Origin: Lama glama
Taxonomy: Eukaryota
Assembly: GCA_028534125.1 (NCBI GenBank)
Contig: CM052816.1
Span: 8,372,001-8,436,000, forward strand
Reading direction: 5' to 3'
DNA length: 64,000 nt
Made by a program: the position numbers and the translations under genes. A model generated the notes under the pieces. The model was given only the letters and a program-made list of their open reading frames with translations. It was not told the origin of the DNA and ran no database searches. This document shows positions 34,101-49,100 of this stretch, in pieces (positions within the stretch are counted from its first letter, which is position 1; each line of letters opens with the position of its first letter).

Positions 34101-37100
34101 CCAGTAGGCACTAAACACTGTGTTAAAAACTTTCAATACATTGTATCATTTAACTTTCACATCTTTATGAACCAAGAGCTATTATTATCCTCATTGTATA
34201 ACCGGAAAAACCAAGGCACAGAGAATAACTTGCTCAAAATCACATTGCCACACTAAGTGGCAGAGCCCAAACTCAAACACAGGCCTGTCTGACCCTAGAA
34301 ACTCTGCTCTACTCCATCTGATCTCACGGCAGGGAAGGAGCGGGGGACTGGATTCTGTAGGAAGGGAATGGGAAAAGCACAAACGGAAAGAAATAAGGAA
34401 AGGAAGGGGAAACGTAACTTCTTAATAATAATAAGGGTGGTGCCCACCGTCAGGTCTCAGCGTGAGCCTTGGAAATGGGAATGCACCTCCAGAAGCTGTG
34501 TTTGATTAGCATGCAGTAAAGCCACAATTATCTATGACCAAAGGATAAGCTTCTACAGTCAGTTTAATCTTGTGCTGAGGGTCTCCAGACTCATGGAAAG
34601 ATCCGTACTTTCCAAAGTCAGTCTGTCATTTGCAAAATTCAAAAGGAGCAGTGGGTCAGGAAGTCAAGAATGTCTCCTTTCTGATACATGCACCCCAATG
34701 TTCATAGCAGCACTATTTACAATTGCCAAGACATGGAAACAACCTAAGCGTACACTGACAAATTATTAGATAAACAAGTTTTGGTATATTCATACAATGT
34801 AATACTACTCAGTTGTAAAAAAAATAAAGTAATGCCATTTGCAGCAACATGGATGGACCTGGAGATTGTATACTAAGTGAAGTAAGCCAGAAAGAAAAAG
34901 AAAAATACTTTAGGATATTACTTACATGTGGAATTAAAAAAAAAAATGACACAAATGAACTTATTCACAAAACAGAAACAGACTCACAGACGTAGAAAAC
35001 AAACTTATAGTTACCAGGGGGAAAGGAAGGGGGCGGAGGGATAAACTGAGAGTTTGGAATTTGTAGATACTGACTACCATATATAAAATAGATAAACAAC
35101 AAGGTCCTACTGTATAATACAGAGAACTATATTCAATCTCCTGTAATAGCCTATAATGAAAAGAAATATATATATAACTGAATCACTATGCTGTACACCA
35201 GAAAGTAACACAATATTGTAATCCAACTATACTTCAAAATAAGAATGTCTCCTTTTCAAAATACCAGATCTCCTCCAAGGTTATTATTCCAACCAAAGCC
35301 CATAGCTGAAAATTCCCAGGGAGTTTAGGACTAACCTTGGGAAAGGGAGGAAGGCAACCTTACCTGTCTGCTCCTGCACTGACTTCAGAAGTGTGCTGAT
35401 GGACACTCTGGGGTCCTCTCCCAGCTTGATCTGGTTTCGGATTGCAAACAGCAAGTCCAGACTCACTAGCAGCTTGTTCCCCACATTAAAGAGACCTGTA
35501 GGTTAAAAAGAGGCAACAGGGAAGTTCACTCTTAACAACATCCACAATGGCAAAAAACTGGAAACAAACTAAAATGTTTGTTTAATGTCCATCAACAGGG
35601 GAGCAGTTAAAAATAAACTGTGATACATGCATAAAATAGAAAACTAGACATCAAGAATAAGGCAAGCCTAAATGCTCTGACATGAACGTTGTTAAATGAA
35701 AAAAGTAATGAAATACGTATCATAGGACTAAAAAAAAATTTTTTAAAGAAGCATCTCCCTATCACCTAACTCAGTCCTCATAACCAAAGGCATCACTCTT
35801 CCTCTGCCTCTCATAGCTACCCCATGAGGAAAGGCCAGGAGCATCCTTTAGTCCAAGGACATGTAGAGGATGTAACACAGGCTATAAAATCAGCCCTACA
35901 CCAAATCCTGGGTTAAAGACTCAGAGGAATTTAAATTCAGTCAATTTAAAAAAAATAAAAGATGGTGATACTGTATTTGCACAAAATGCACAGATTTGCC
36001 CAAAAGCAAATTTTGGCACAGGTGTTCCCATTTAGAGAAGGGTATAGAGGAGTGGGTGAGCATGATACCAAAGGATGAAACCACAAAGGAGAAGATCAAA
36101 GCTCTGATCACATAAAAATTAAAACAACAAAACTCCTTGTGTTCCCCCCAAAAGTCACAAATTTAAAAGACAACTAATAAACTGGGTAAAAACTGTCAAC
36201 CAAAAAACCCCTAAAGAATGGAAATGTTCACAAAAGAGAAAAAAAAAACAAACAGAAAAGATACACTATCTTCCTAGTAATCAAAGAAATACAACAAATT
36301 AACAAAAGATATCCCAGTTTTTATCAAGTTGACAAACTTTAAAAATTATAATACTTAGGTATAAACCTAACAAAATATGTGCAGAACATATATGCTGAAA
36401 CTACAAAACACTGATAGAAAAAAAAAACTAATTAAAATGGAGAGACAGACCATGTTCATGGATTGGAAGATTCAATGCTGATCAGCATGTCAAACATCCC
36501 TCAAATCATCTACAGATTCAACACAGACCCAATGAAAATTCTAGCAAGATTTTATAAATACTAATAAGCTGACTCTAAAATTTACATGGGAACACAAAGG
36601 AACTAAACAGTTAACACAATTCAGGGAACAATTCAAAAAGAACAAGGCTGGAAGACTCACACTACCTGAGCTGAAGACTGACTATAAATATAAAGCTATA
36701 GTAATCAAGGCACACGTGGGTATTGGCAAAAAGATAGACAACATCAACCAATGGAACAGAACAGAGTGCAGAAATAGATCCACATATAAACGGCCAATCA
36801 ATTTTTAGTAGAGGAGCAAAGGCAAATCAATGAAGAAAGGACTACTTTTCAACAGATGGTAAAACAATGACTGACTGTCCACAATCTGGGCCTCACACTT
36901 CATACAAAAAACTGATTCAAAATGGATTGAGACATAAATATAAATCATAAATTATAAAACTTTTAGAAGAAAACATGGGAAAATATTTATGATCTTCACC
37001 TAGGTAAAGAAATCTTAGCTATAACATCAAAAATAATCTCTAAAAGAAAAAAACTGATGAATTGGTCTTTATCATAATTAAGAACTTTCGCTCTGTGAAA

Positions 37101-40100
37101 GATTCTGTGAAAAGAACAAAAAAGACAAGCCACAGACCATAAGAAAATGTGTGCAAATCACTCACTGGACAAAGGACTTGTAGCCAGAGTATATAAGGGG
37201 CTTGTGAAACTCAACAGCAAAACAAAACAACACAAAAAACTCAACAGCAAGAAAACAATCCAGCTCAATGGGCCAAAGATGAAACAGATACTTCACCAAA
37301 TACGACACACAAACGGCAAATAAACCCATGAAAAGATGCTCAACATCCTTAGTCATCGAGGAAATACAAATTGAAACCACAATGAGATACCACCACGCAT
37401 ACCTGTTAGAATGGGTAAAATACAGAAGCAAAAAAATAGACAATATCAAGTGCTGACAGGTAAAGCAAACTGGAACTTGCACCCATTGTTGGAGGGAATG
37501 CAAAACAGTACTTCGGTAAACTGGCAATTTCTTATAAAATTAAACATACATTTACCATAAGGCCCAACAATCTGACTCCTAGGATATTTCCCCAAAAGAA
37601 CTGAAAATTTATGTTCACACAAAAGCCCATACGTGAATGTTCACAGCAGCTGTATTCATAACTGCCAAAAACTGGTAACAACCCAAACAGCCATTAGGTA
37701 GTGATCAGGTATACCAGATGTGGTGCTCCACACAATGTAAAACTACTCAACAATAAAAAGGAACAAACTATTGACACAGAGCACACGGATGAATTTCAAA
37801 GGCATTATACTTCTTGAAAGAAGCCAGACTCAAAATGCTACATGCAATGGATTTATATGACATTCTGGAAAGGTAAAACCACAGGGACGGGAGAACATAT
37901 CAAATGGTTGCTAGAGGTTAGGGGTGAGAGGTGGTTTTGATTACAAAGGGACAGTATAAGAGACTGTTTTGGGGTGATGGAACTATTCTATATACTGATT
38001 GTGGTGGCAGTTACACAACTCAGTGCACTTTTCAGAGCTCATGAGACTATATATTAAAGCAAATTTTACTTATATAAATTTAAAAATAAAGTTAAAAATT
38101 TTAAAAATATATGACCCTAGGTACTACAGGCTTAGGCAGACTGCAGGGAATGGCATTCTCCTTAACAGGTGATAAGAACACAAAGTAGTATAGACTCAAC
38201 CTGGCAACACAAGACATTAAAAGCATGAATTCAAAAAGGAATAAGGTTCTGAAGACAAAAGAGAATAATCAATACTCTTTAATCTTCAGCACTCAATTCT
38301 ACTTATACAACTCAAGATTCAAATTCTCAAAATGGCTGGTACATGGTCAACATTCAATAAATGTCTGATCTTAATGAACGAATTGGGGGGAAAGCTGAAC
38401 AGGCAGCAATGCCACTTCTGAGCATTTGCTCAAAGGAAATAATTGAGGCTGTACACAAAGATTTAATTACAAAGAGGACCCAAAAATGGAACATCATACA
38501 CTCCCTAAAAATGGTCACATACTTCTCCACTTGCTGACACAGGAAGATGCTCATGGTATACTACTGAATTTTAAAAGAACATTCCAAAACAACACCCAGC
38601 ACAACCCCACTTTTGTTGAAAGAAAAACTATAAACCTGTAAGTCATCTACCTTCTCTTATTCTGCACGAATGAATAACGCATCTGTTACTACTGATTTTT
38701 AGCTTCTATTTTCTGCTCGTCAGCATTTTCTGGGTTTTCCACAACGAAGGTATAATTTTGAAATCAACTTTGTTTCAAGATCCCTGATAAGAAAGTCCTA
38801 ACACTTGGGAGGTCAGTGTAGTCTCCCGGGGCTGAGACATTCAAGAGGAAAAGTCCCCTCTTCCTCAGAAGCCCCATTGAGAAAAGATCCAGTGCTCAGT
38901 GGACCAGGGGTCTGACCCACACAAGCTGTTCTCAAACGTGCTTTGAAAATCCTGAAGGAGAAAGCTGGTACCCACCTGTGTAGATGTCCATGAAGCTATG
39001 CAGGGCCAGACAATGGGGATTCAGACACATCTTCACCTGGGCCGTCACCACCTGCAGCCAGCTGGCTGTCAGCAGCCAGCACTCCTGGGGTCCTGCCAGG
39101 GAGCTAGTACCAAAAACATCAACAAAAAACAGAAGGGAAATCAACTTCTTTAAATACAGTTCCTGGACTCAGTGATCAATGGCAAAATTCTCCAAACTTT
39201 AAATGCAGTAGGTGAACGCAGGTGTTGGAGCTTGTGTTCCAATGATTTTTCAGGTGGGTTTTCACACTTTGTTGAAATCTGATCTATAGAATCACCCCTA
39301 AAGTTAATATAGCTCTGAATTTATTACCCAATTTAACCAATCCCAATAAAACTTCCAAATACGAGCATTATGCCAGGTAGTCCAGACGTAAACAAATCCT
39401 AAGCTTGTGACAGTAACTTTCAGGCACTTTGAACAGAAATCGCGGATAATCACTGATTATTATCATTATTATTATTTTTGGCAACTGGAAAAGTAAAGGA
39501 AACCTAAGAAAAGCAGAGAAGGACATCTTCAAAGGTTATAGCTTTAACGCTGTTTGAAGAAAGGGGCAATGTGGGCCAAGTAAGATGGGGCAGCTAAGGA
39601 AGGGTAAATCTGAAGGGGGTGCTTACTTTTGTCCCCCTTTGAATAATGGGCTGCTACAGAGAAGGCACTGCGTGGACGGAGACTCATAATAATTCGACCA
39701 AGAGGTTTGCTCGATGGTGACCGTCTCCTCACTCACGTTGGACAGGACGAGTCGAGAGCTATTGAGTTCATGAATCAAGGCGAAGACCTCAGCCAGCTCT
39801 GACTCGTTCTCAGGAATCTGCAAGACTTTGCGCAGCAGCTGCAGTGTTGACTGACGCTGGATCTCCCGCTGGGCCGCGCTCAGGGGCTCTGTGGCACTCA
39901 GCACATCCGGGAGGGGTGAGCTCGCCTCCTGGAAGAGAGTGAATCCAGGGCACAAAGAGTCAGCCTCGGGCTAAAATCATGAAAGGCTACTAGGGACAGA
40001 GGGCCGGGCTCAAGACCAGGAGGTGGGAAACCTAGGTTCCTAACCAGTTCAGCTACTCACTCACTGTGTGACTCATGGTAGGTGCTTTCTCTCTCCAGCA

Positions 40101-43100
40101 CTCGGCTTCTCTACCAGTAAAATCAGAGGATTACACACACCTCTTGGTAATGGTTTCAAGAGTCAGCTCCCGCTCACCAAGTTAAGGAGTTGGAGGATAA
40201 CAGATCAGGATTTCAATACCAGATATGCCATGAAAAGCTGTACATGTGTCACCCAAAGCTATCTGCTTAATCTTTATGAGCCTCAATTTCCTCAACTATG
40301 AAATGGAGGATCAAAGTACTAGTAATCTCTTAGAGCTGTTGTAAAGTAACAAGAGATTGCAAGTGAAGCACTTACTATGCAACAAAAACTCTATAAATGG
40401 TAGTTTGGGTATATAATCAGGTACCTGTACAGCTTGAAGCTTTTATCTTTAACATTGTGTGGCTTCTGGGTACAAGGCAACTTTGTACACCAGAGGCTTC
40501 CAGGAACAAGGCTCTGAAATGCTCACTGAAACAGGTCCTTCTCAGGTGGGTCCCTTTCCAATGGAGGTTTCTCCCTGATCCCTTGTGCAAATGCGGCATC
40601 AATCACTCCCTCCCTTGTGCTCCCAGAGTCCATTCCTTTACTGTAGATTTCAATGTCTCAGTTGGTAAACCATGGTCTCCTTCCCTGCTTATTTACTGAT
40701 TCCCAACGCCAGCATGTGGGCACACAGAAGATGCTAATTCTTATTTGCAGGACACATATTATACGCTACTTTGTACAAGTTAATAGCTTAATAACAAGGA
40801 GCTTTCTATAACCGTATACCCACAACAACTCTTGCCTCACTGTCTGTAACAACTTGGTTACTTTTCTCCCATACTAGACTGTAAGAGGGAAGGGGCTATG
40901 TTCTTTTCATCTTTGTATCACCAAATGCCTGACCCACAGTAGGTATTCAATACATGCTCACTGAAAGAATGAATGAGTGGCTGCAGAAGAGATAACTGAT
41001 ATTAGAACAAGTTGCCCTGGGAGGTTGTGTGTTCCTAGTCATGACTATGATAAACCATGGGCTGGAACATAAGTTGGCAGGCACGTTATCCTTTGGCTCT
41101 GAGCTGAAGATGGAAGATGGAAAGGATGCAAGACTGTTCCAGCCTAGAGAGGTTTCAGTCATAATTACAGCCACTGACAACAAACTGCACAGGAAATGTA
41201 TGGCCATCAGGGGGCTCCAAAGAGTCAGGCAATTTCTAACCAGTATTTTGTTTTGCGGCAAATAGTAATTACATTTTATTTCTCTAAAATTTAGAAAATT
41301 GGAAAGTGAGCAAATATCTGAAGATGAAGGTCATGGGGGTAGGCAGTTAACAGTGAGCCAAAGATAGAAGAATATAAATAAGAATGGGATCTGAAATCAA
41401 TTGGCAAGAGGTCCCTAGATAATTCCTGTCTGACCTGGAAAGTTAAGTCACCTCATCACCCCAGATCTGGAGTCTAACACCCATTTGCACACTGTAAGCC
41501 ACATCAACAGCCACAATGAAACAGGAGAAAGGACTGTTCAGAGCATCTTCCTACACAGAACTCAATTTCACCTGATAATTATTGATCAACACATTGTATA
41601 CGCAAGCTCCAGGGTTAGAAGTTTGGAGGAAACAGATACACCTGCCCTACAAGGGATCACAGTTTCATGGAGAGCTAAGAGGGACTCAAGACAGGGTGTG
41701 GTCAATGCTATGCGAAGGGAAGCACATTTAAGGCGTGGAGAAAGCAGGAGGAAAGCTCGCTGCCAGCAGAGGTCACCTGGTGCAACAACAGAATCTGATG
41801 AAAGGTATGGAACCATTTCACAAGCCATTTCAGAGGTTTACAGACTCCCCTGTGCTCAACTCTGAGTCTTCTCTAGGGCTCAAGGCCATGAGAATAAAAC
41901 GCCCAGACCTAATCCACCTTGCCTGCCTTGTTTTATTGATGGGGAATCTAAAACTCAGGAGAGGGAAAGCGAGCACTTCTCTCTCCAGCAGGTCCCTCAA
42001 TTCCTAGGCTCAGGGTTTTTTCCACTAAGCCATCAGAGTCCACATACTTTGGTTCCACTTCCCTTTTCCATAAGGATGACCACCTCAGAACACCACCTCA
42101 ACCACAGAAACAGACCTGAAGACCAAAGGGTGAGATTCATCTGCCAGAAATCCCCTCTCCTCCGTATGCAAAGAAAACTTCTCTCTCCCCACCTCTCTAG
42201 ACCCGTCCACTCAAACCCTGGAAGTCTCCCTCCTGACATAACCTTCTGGGTCTCTCCCTGACTCATGGACATTCAGTGTGACCCCACTGTCTAAAAAACA
42301 GTCTAGTGTTAGCACTAAAGATCTTTCATTATGTGGCCCCAACATGCCTTTGAAGCCTTCTTTTCCATACTCCTCCGCATACACTCTCTCTTCTAACCAA
42401 ATGGAACACCGGACTCCCTAACGCTTCCCTTTTGCTCGTGAGTGTCCTTGAGTACGGCACGTCTCCCCCTTCCACCCAAATCCTGTCCATCTTGCAACAT
42501 CCAGGTTAAATCTGGATCCTGACCTGTTTCGCGTGCCATCGTCTTTCCTCCCAGGGCAGAGGAGTGGGATCTCTCTTCTCACCCTCATCCTAGTCTTTCT
42601 GTTTGTTGTCACAGGTGCTGTATCTTTCTGTTCACTTAAAAAACCTCACGTGGAAACTAAGAGGACCTCTGAAAATGCCAAGCCTTCCCAGTTCTAATAA
42701 GTAAACAAACAAACAAAAAAACGAGCCCTAAGGAGCCAAGAGGAATGTGTTTTACTATCCAGTTTGGTCTGGCTTCAGGAGCAGGTCTGCCAAGACTGCT
42801 TGAAGTAAAGCCCTGTGGTTCGCCAACGCTCTGCAAGGAACCTGAGAAGTTGCAGTCTAATCTACAAAGTCTTGAGGTTGGCACTCTCTATCAAAACAGT
42901 ACTTACAGGGACTCCACCAGCCTCAGAGCTAAAAGGATGTAACCCTTCTACCTCTCTCTTCCTCAGAACCCTCTTTAAGTCCCATCTTGTCTAGTTTGGG
43001 GGGTTTTTTTTTTGTTTGTTTGTTTTTTTTGGCACGGGGAGGGGGGTGTGTGTGAATGAACTCTTGGTCCACTGAGCTAGAAGGTTCTCAGATATCAAGG

Positions 43101-46100
43101 TATCTGGTTAACCCCCTCACCTTAGCAAAGAGGATAAGGAAGCCCAGAAAGCAGAGGGTCTATGTTCAAAACCTATAACCTGGTCCTAGTTCTGGTGCTT
43201 TAACTACCATTGTGTACTGAGAAATCCTTTTATTTCTACTACAGTAGGTCTGCTAAAAGAATGCAACCCAAGGCTGGAGGGTGTGTTTAGGGAAGGAACT
43301 CACAAGAACCTTGGTGGTTTTCTCAGTCCGGTCTTTGGCAAGGTTAAAACCACAGCTGGGACAAATCCGCGGTTTATGCCGGTTGGTGTAGACATAGCTA
43401 CAAGAGGGATTCTTGCACTTTCCCCGGCCTCTTGATGTAGCCAGGCCCAAATCCTAAAAAAGTAAGACCACGGTTCAGTTCTATAAGTCAACTTAGAACT
43501 GGGCAGAGCCAAGAATCAGGATGACCCGCTACTGGTAAAACAGAGGAGAGTGGCAACTGCAATCCCAGACTCAGACTAACCTCCAAAGAGCCTTGAAGCA
43601 AGATTCCTTTTCTGCAGCTATCCCCTTTCAGCCTTAATGCAGCCTAAATAACTTGGGCAAGTCATTCCCTATCTGTGAAACAAGTGAGTTGAATCTCAAG
43701 GGTCAGAAATTCAATACCTTCAGGGTCCAGGCAATCAGCAGAGTGAAGCAGGCTATTCTAACGGAGAGTACCAGAGACTGGTGAACTAAAGATTTCAAGC
43801 TCCGCCTAAAGACAGATTTTGACTTCTGAACTATCTAAGCTCAAAGCTCTGGCATCGAGGATCCTAGGACAAATTGCTGTTTCATCAGAGAGAGGGTCTT
43901 GGGCAGTTTCCACTAGATGCTATCCCCAGCAGTCCCCCACAGCTAAAGGGAAGAGCACTGAAGGTACGGATGGCACAGAGGAGGTAGTAAGTAGGTCTTT
44001 GGAAAAAGAAGCCTGAGCAGCTCTCCAGGATGAGAGACATTCTCCTCAAGGAGCAGGCCAGATGAGGCACGAACCCAACCATACTGTGCTCTCTTGCTCC
44101 TACTGGATCCCCAGCACACAGGGCATGGCATGGAGCAGGTGCTCAATAGTTTTTGAGTTTTAAGAAATCCAGCTGCTTTCTCAAAATCTGTGCACCTTAC
44201 TCAACTCAGCAAGGGAAGCTGCCAAAAGGTACCTGGCTGGATGGTACCTTAAGGATCAACAAAATAGACAATGTTGAGCAAGAGGAGCCCCAACATGGTA
44301 TCTAAACCAACACAGTATTTTACAGGCAGTGAAAACTGAGGACCAGGGAAGGAGAGAGCCTTGCCCAAGGTCATGTGGCATGCTAACAGCAGAGCCAGAA
44401 CCACTTTTGGACTAGGTCTTTCAACATGTAGTGTTTATTCCGCTGCTCCATGCTGCTTACACTGCAGAAGGGTGACCCCAGAGTCACACATTCATTTACT
44501 GGGATGTTAATATGTGTTATGTTAAAAATAAAAGTGGGGGAGGGAAAACCTTGATGGGAAATGCCAAGCTAAACAAAATAAGCTGCTTTACTAAAGCACT
44601 TCTCAAATCCTTTAAGACACTAGTATTGAATGTGACTCTGTTTTAGGGAGAAAAAGTACACTTCACAAACTTATTTGTGGAACACACTCTGAGGCTAAAA
44701 GGTCCAAAGACTGGTGAATGTTGAAGATGGACTGGAATCTCACCTCTGACTATTCTCAACAGAAATATCCTGGTCTCAGCTGGCACAGGCTTTACAAATC
44801 TCACCTGGGAAAAACCACCCAGCTGACTGACTCAGAAGGTAGGATAGAGTCAACGATCTAACCCTGACCCTCCTCTTGCTCCCAAATACCACTCACTCCC
44901 CATCCACCTCAAACTCCTACTCACCCTCAACCACAAAATCAAACCATTTCTACGTCAACCCAGCAGCTCGTTGCACTTACCAGTGTGACAGTACAGCTGT
45001 ACTTATATGGAGGAAACATATCAGGCTTGACCTCTACAACTTTCACCTGAGATGTCCTGTTGCCCGGGCCATTTGGTAGCTGTGGATCAGAACAAATTAT
45101 TTAGTGCTTGTGAACCTCAGTCAAACTCCTGAGGCCTTATGTCCTGAAATGGCTTGAGGATACAGTTGCCAGGCATTTGTGAGCTATGCTCCAAATGAGC
45201 GTTCTGGGATGTTAGTCAGCAGTTACCAGCCCACCAAAGGTTGAGTGTCACTTTCAAGTCCAGGGGTTGCCATACCCTTCTGCACAGCTTCTAACACTGC
45301 ACATTAGAAACAATACTAATCAGATTCACAACTGCTGTCAAGATAAAAGCATGTAATCGCTCTATACACCAATATGTGGTTGAATACTGCTGACATAAAG
45401 GGGTATTAAAGATTACTCACTGAAGTGTCACAGGGTGAGAGGGAGATCATGGTTGCTTCCCATTTTACCACACTATAAACTTTTCAAATGTTCTACATGG
45501 AATACAGATATTATTTATATAATATAAAAAGATGAAGCATTCTAAATTAAAAATAATTATTCCATAATACTGAATTTAAGTTGATTTTTAGAATATAAGA
45601 CTTCATTTAACTTACATGGTTTAAGACTAGCAAAAGGGCTTCTGGCTTTTAACATATACCCAACGTTGCCAAATCAAAAAGGAAACTATTTACAGAGAAG
45701 AACAGGAGTTTACATATGTGACGAGGGCTGGAAAATCTAGGAAGCAGTTGAAGCAGAAGAGATTACCATCCTTCTATACGTCAAGATCACACATGCACCC
45801 AGTGCTGACACCACATCTGAGTAAAAAGAGATCCACCTTCAAAATAGAAGCTGACTAATATTCTTGTTGGGGCAAATTGAGAACTAACAAATAAAAGAAG
45901 TTACCTGGCCAGAGCCCATGGCAAGGGAGAGGGCAGACCAATTTTCCTATTCTAGTTTGGTCCATCACAGGGTTTCCAATTCCAAACTGAGGGGTGGTGA
46001 AATTAATGGGCTGAAACCAGTATTTTGCAAAAAGAAATGGAAAACTGACTGCATATAATATGGGCATAGCTTCATTAAACTCTTTATGTGTAGATGTATG

Positions 46101-49100
46101 TATATGTTGACTGGGCTCTAATGTAAAAATGTGTTTCTTACTGAGGGTCATGGTCAGAAAAGTGCTGATTTAGGGAATTTTGATCGTTAACTCTTCCAGC
46201 CACATATGGCAAAAGAACTAAAAAAGAAAAAAAACACACTAATCATAAATGTGCTTGAATACATGCAACTCTGACACCTGGGAAATCTTTAATAACTCTA
46301 TCATTAAATGGAATGAACTGCACTGGTTAAAACCCGGTACATGGAATAACAGCCATGCTTTTAGGTTTAAAAAATTATATTTAAAAAATAAACACACACA
46401 AATGCAGGAAAAAGACTTGAAGGCTGAATGAGCACACACCAAACTGTCAATAATAGTTATTTCTGGGAGGCAGGATGGATCACAAGGAATTTATTTTCTT
46501 TCTGCCTTACCTAAATTTTCTATATTTTCTACAACGATACATTCACTTTTTAAAAATGACGGCTAAGGAGACAGGACAACTAAATGCAGTATCTAATCCT
46601 AGACTGGACCCTGCATTGGAGTAGAGAATGCTTTAAAGGACATAACTGAGTAAAAGATGACAAAACTGAAATACAAATGATAAAGTAGCATATCAATGTT
46701 TCAGTAACAGAATCTCTCTATTCTTTGGAAATTCACATTGAAGCATTAAAAAATAAAGTCATGTTACTTACCCTAAAATTATGTGTATTTTATACATACA
46801 CACATACACACACCCAATAGGGAAGACACACGAGCACAAATAATGCAAAACAGGCTAACATGTTAACAACAGGTGACTAAGTAAAGAGTACATGAGTGCT
46901 CTTTGTACTGTTCTTATTCTTGCAACTTTTTTTTGTTTTAAATTATTTCCAAATAAAAGTTCACAAACATGCACTCATTTTTACAACAAGGAAAGGAAAT
47001 TAATTAAAAAATAGATAACTCATTCATGCTAAACCTCCTCCCAGAGTTCTACCAGTCTAAGAATAGGCTTTTTGCCTATGGCTTTGAGACCCTCAATGGA
47101 GGCCCTGTTCTCGGAGCAGCCAGGCCCCCCGGACAGCTCCCCCTCTGTGGAATAGGTCTTACCTTCACCTCACCAGTGTTAGATGGCTGTTGGATGGGCT
47201 GGCCCAACTGCTTCAGCGTGCTTGGCTTCAGGCCACAAGTCCTCACAGAGGGAGTCTTATCTGAGACAACCAGGAGCCAAACTGGTGACTTAAGTGCATT
47301 CAGAGTCTCCCTAAGTCTCTCATCTCCATGCTCAACCCCCACTCCTGCCCCCTTCCCATTAGACAGCCCCTCCTCCCAGGTCTGTCCCAGCCCTTACCAC
47401 TCAGGGGGAAGGCCTGCCTGGCCCTGGGCAGTCCCATGCTGCTGCCTCGGCCCACATTAGCTGGAGCTGGCAGAATTGCTCTCATGGGTCTTGCTGCAGC
47501 CAGTAATGAGGGCTTGCCCCGTGCTCTGCCTTTAAGCTCTGGGGCTCTGGGCCCAGGGGTGAGCACGTCAACTCTGGAAAAAAAAAAAGGGGGGGGGACT
47601 CTCTTAGAAATTCCAGACTAAGGAGAAGAAAACCAAAGCACTATCTTCAGATAGAACTTTATTAGAGGAACAGTGTCTTGATTCAACTGTCAAGTTAACT
47701 GTCAGCTATCTAAGGCTTTAGATATACTGGGTTAAAATTAAACCATTAAGTAGCTGTGTAACCCTGAACAAGAATTTCATTCTGTTTACCTCAAGTTTCT
47801 AACATGCAAAATAGGACAGTAATTACATGTACTTCATGGGGTCATTATGAAGATAAAAAAGTGCAAAACAGTGCCTACAGTGAAGAACATCAACTGCTAT
47901 TGTAGTTATAACATCTAACCTGCCTCTAATCAGCCCGAGTATTTCAAGTGTAAAGTCTCCCACATGAGGGCAGCTAAGAGACCCTGGAGGATGAGGTCCA
48001 TGTCTTCTTCATCTTTGCACCTCCAGTGTTGAGGGTAAAGCCTGCATCACAGAAGGCCTCAAAATATATTTGTTAAAGTGATTCATGTGCCCAAAACAAA
48101 AGGTCTAAAGTGCATGGCTTCATTCTCTAAGGACACAGAATCATCTCAAAGTATATTGTTAAATTTAAAAAAGACAGGATGTTGTTACGTATGTTAACAC
48201 TTCCATTTATGTAAAGAAAGTAGGGAAATACACACACACACACAAGTATATACATACACATCTGACTCTTGAACAGCATGTATTAGGGGCACTGACCCCT
48301 GTACAAAGTCTGTAACCTCAGTTAGCCCTCCATAGCGGAGGGGCCGCACCGTGTGGATTCAACTAACAGCAGATCGTGTAGTGCTGTAGTATTTACTGGG
48401 GATAACACCCCCAAGTGTAATGGACCTCTGCAGTTCAAATTCGTGTTTGTTCAAGAGTCAACTGTGTAAGTATACACTTGTGTGTGTATATATTTCCCTA
48501 CCTTTCTTTACACAAATGGAGGAGTAACATACATAACTGAACATTCTATCTTTTTAAATTTAACATTATTTGTATACAAACACACCCATTTGTTTGAATA
48601 TGCTTAAAAATATCTCTAGAAACACAGAAAGTTGGGAATATTGCGGAAATGGGAAAGGAGCACTGAAGGATGGGATAGAAAGGACATTTTTGCGGGGGGG
48701 GGATTTCCTTACACCTTTCAAGTTTGAAACATGTGAATATATTGTCTATTTAACAACAAAAATCTTTTAAATCACCATAATGTAAATGAGAATTTTATTT
48801 TGGGCCAAATAACTGTCCACTGCAGGGGGCTGGGCTGCACACTGTGGGACGTTTAGCAGCAGCCCTGGCCTCTACCCACTTAGCGCCAGCAGCACTCCCT
48901 CCCCAAATTTTATCAACCAAAAATGTCTCTAAGCATTACCACGATGTCCCCTGGGGCAAAAGTGTTCCCCACTGAAAACCAATGATATGAACAAATAAGA
49001 GCCTTAAATCATAAGTCTTCTGGGAAGGGGCTACATGGAGAATTCAGTCAAGCATTTAAGGAGAGAAAGCCTTTAAGGCGAGGAGGAAAAATAGCCCTCT

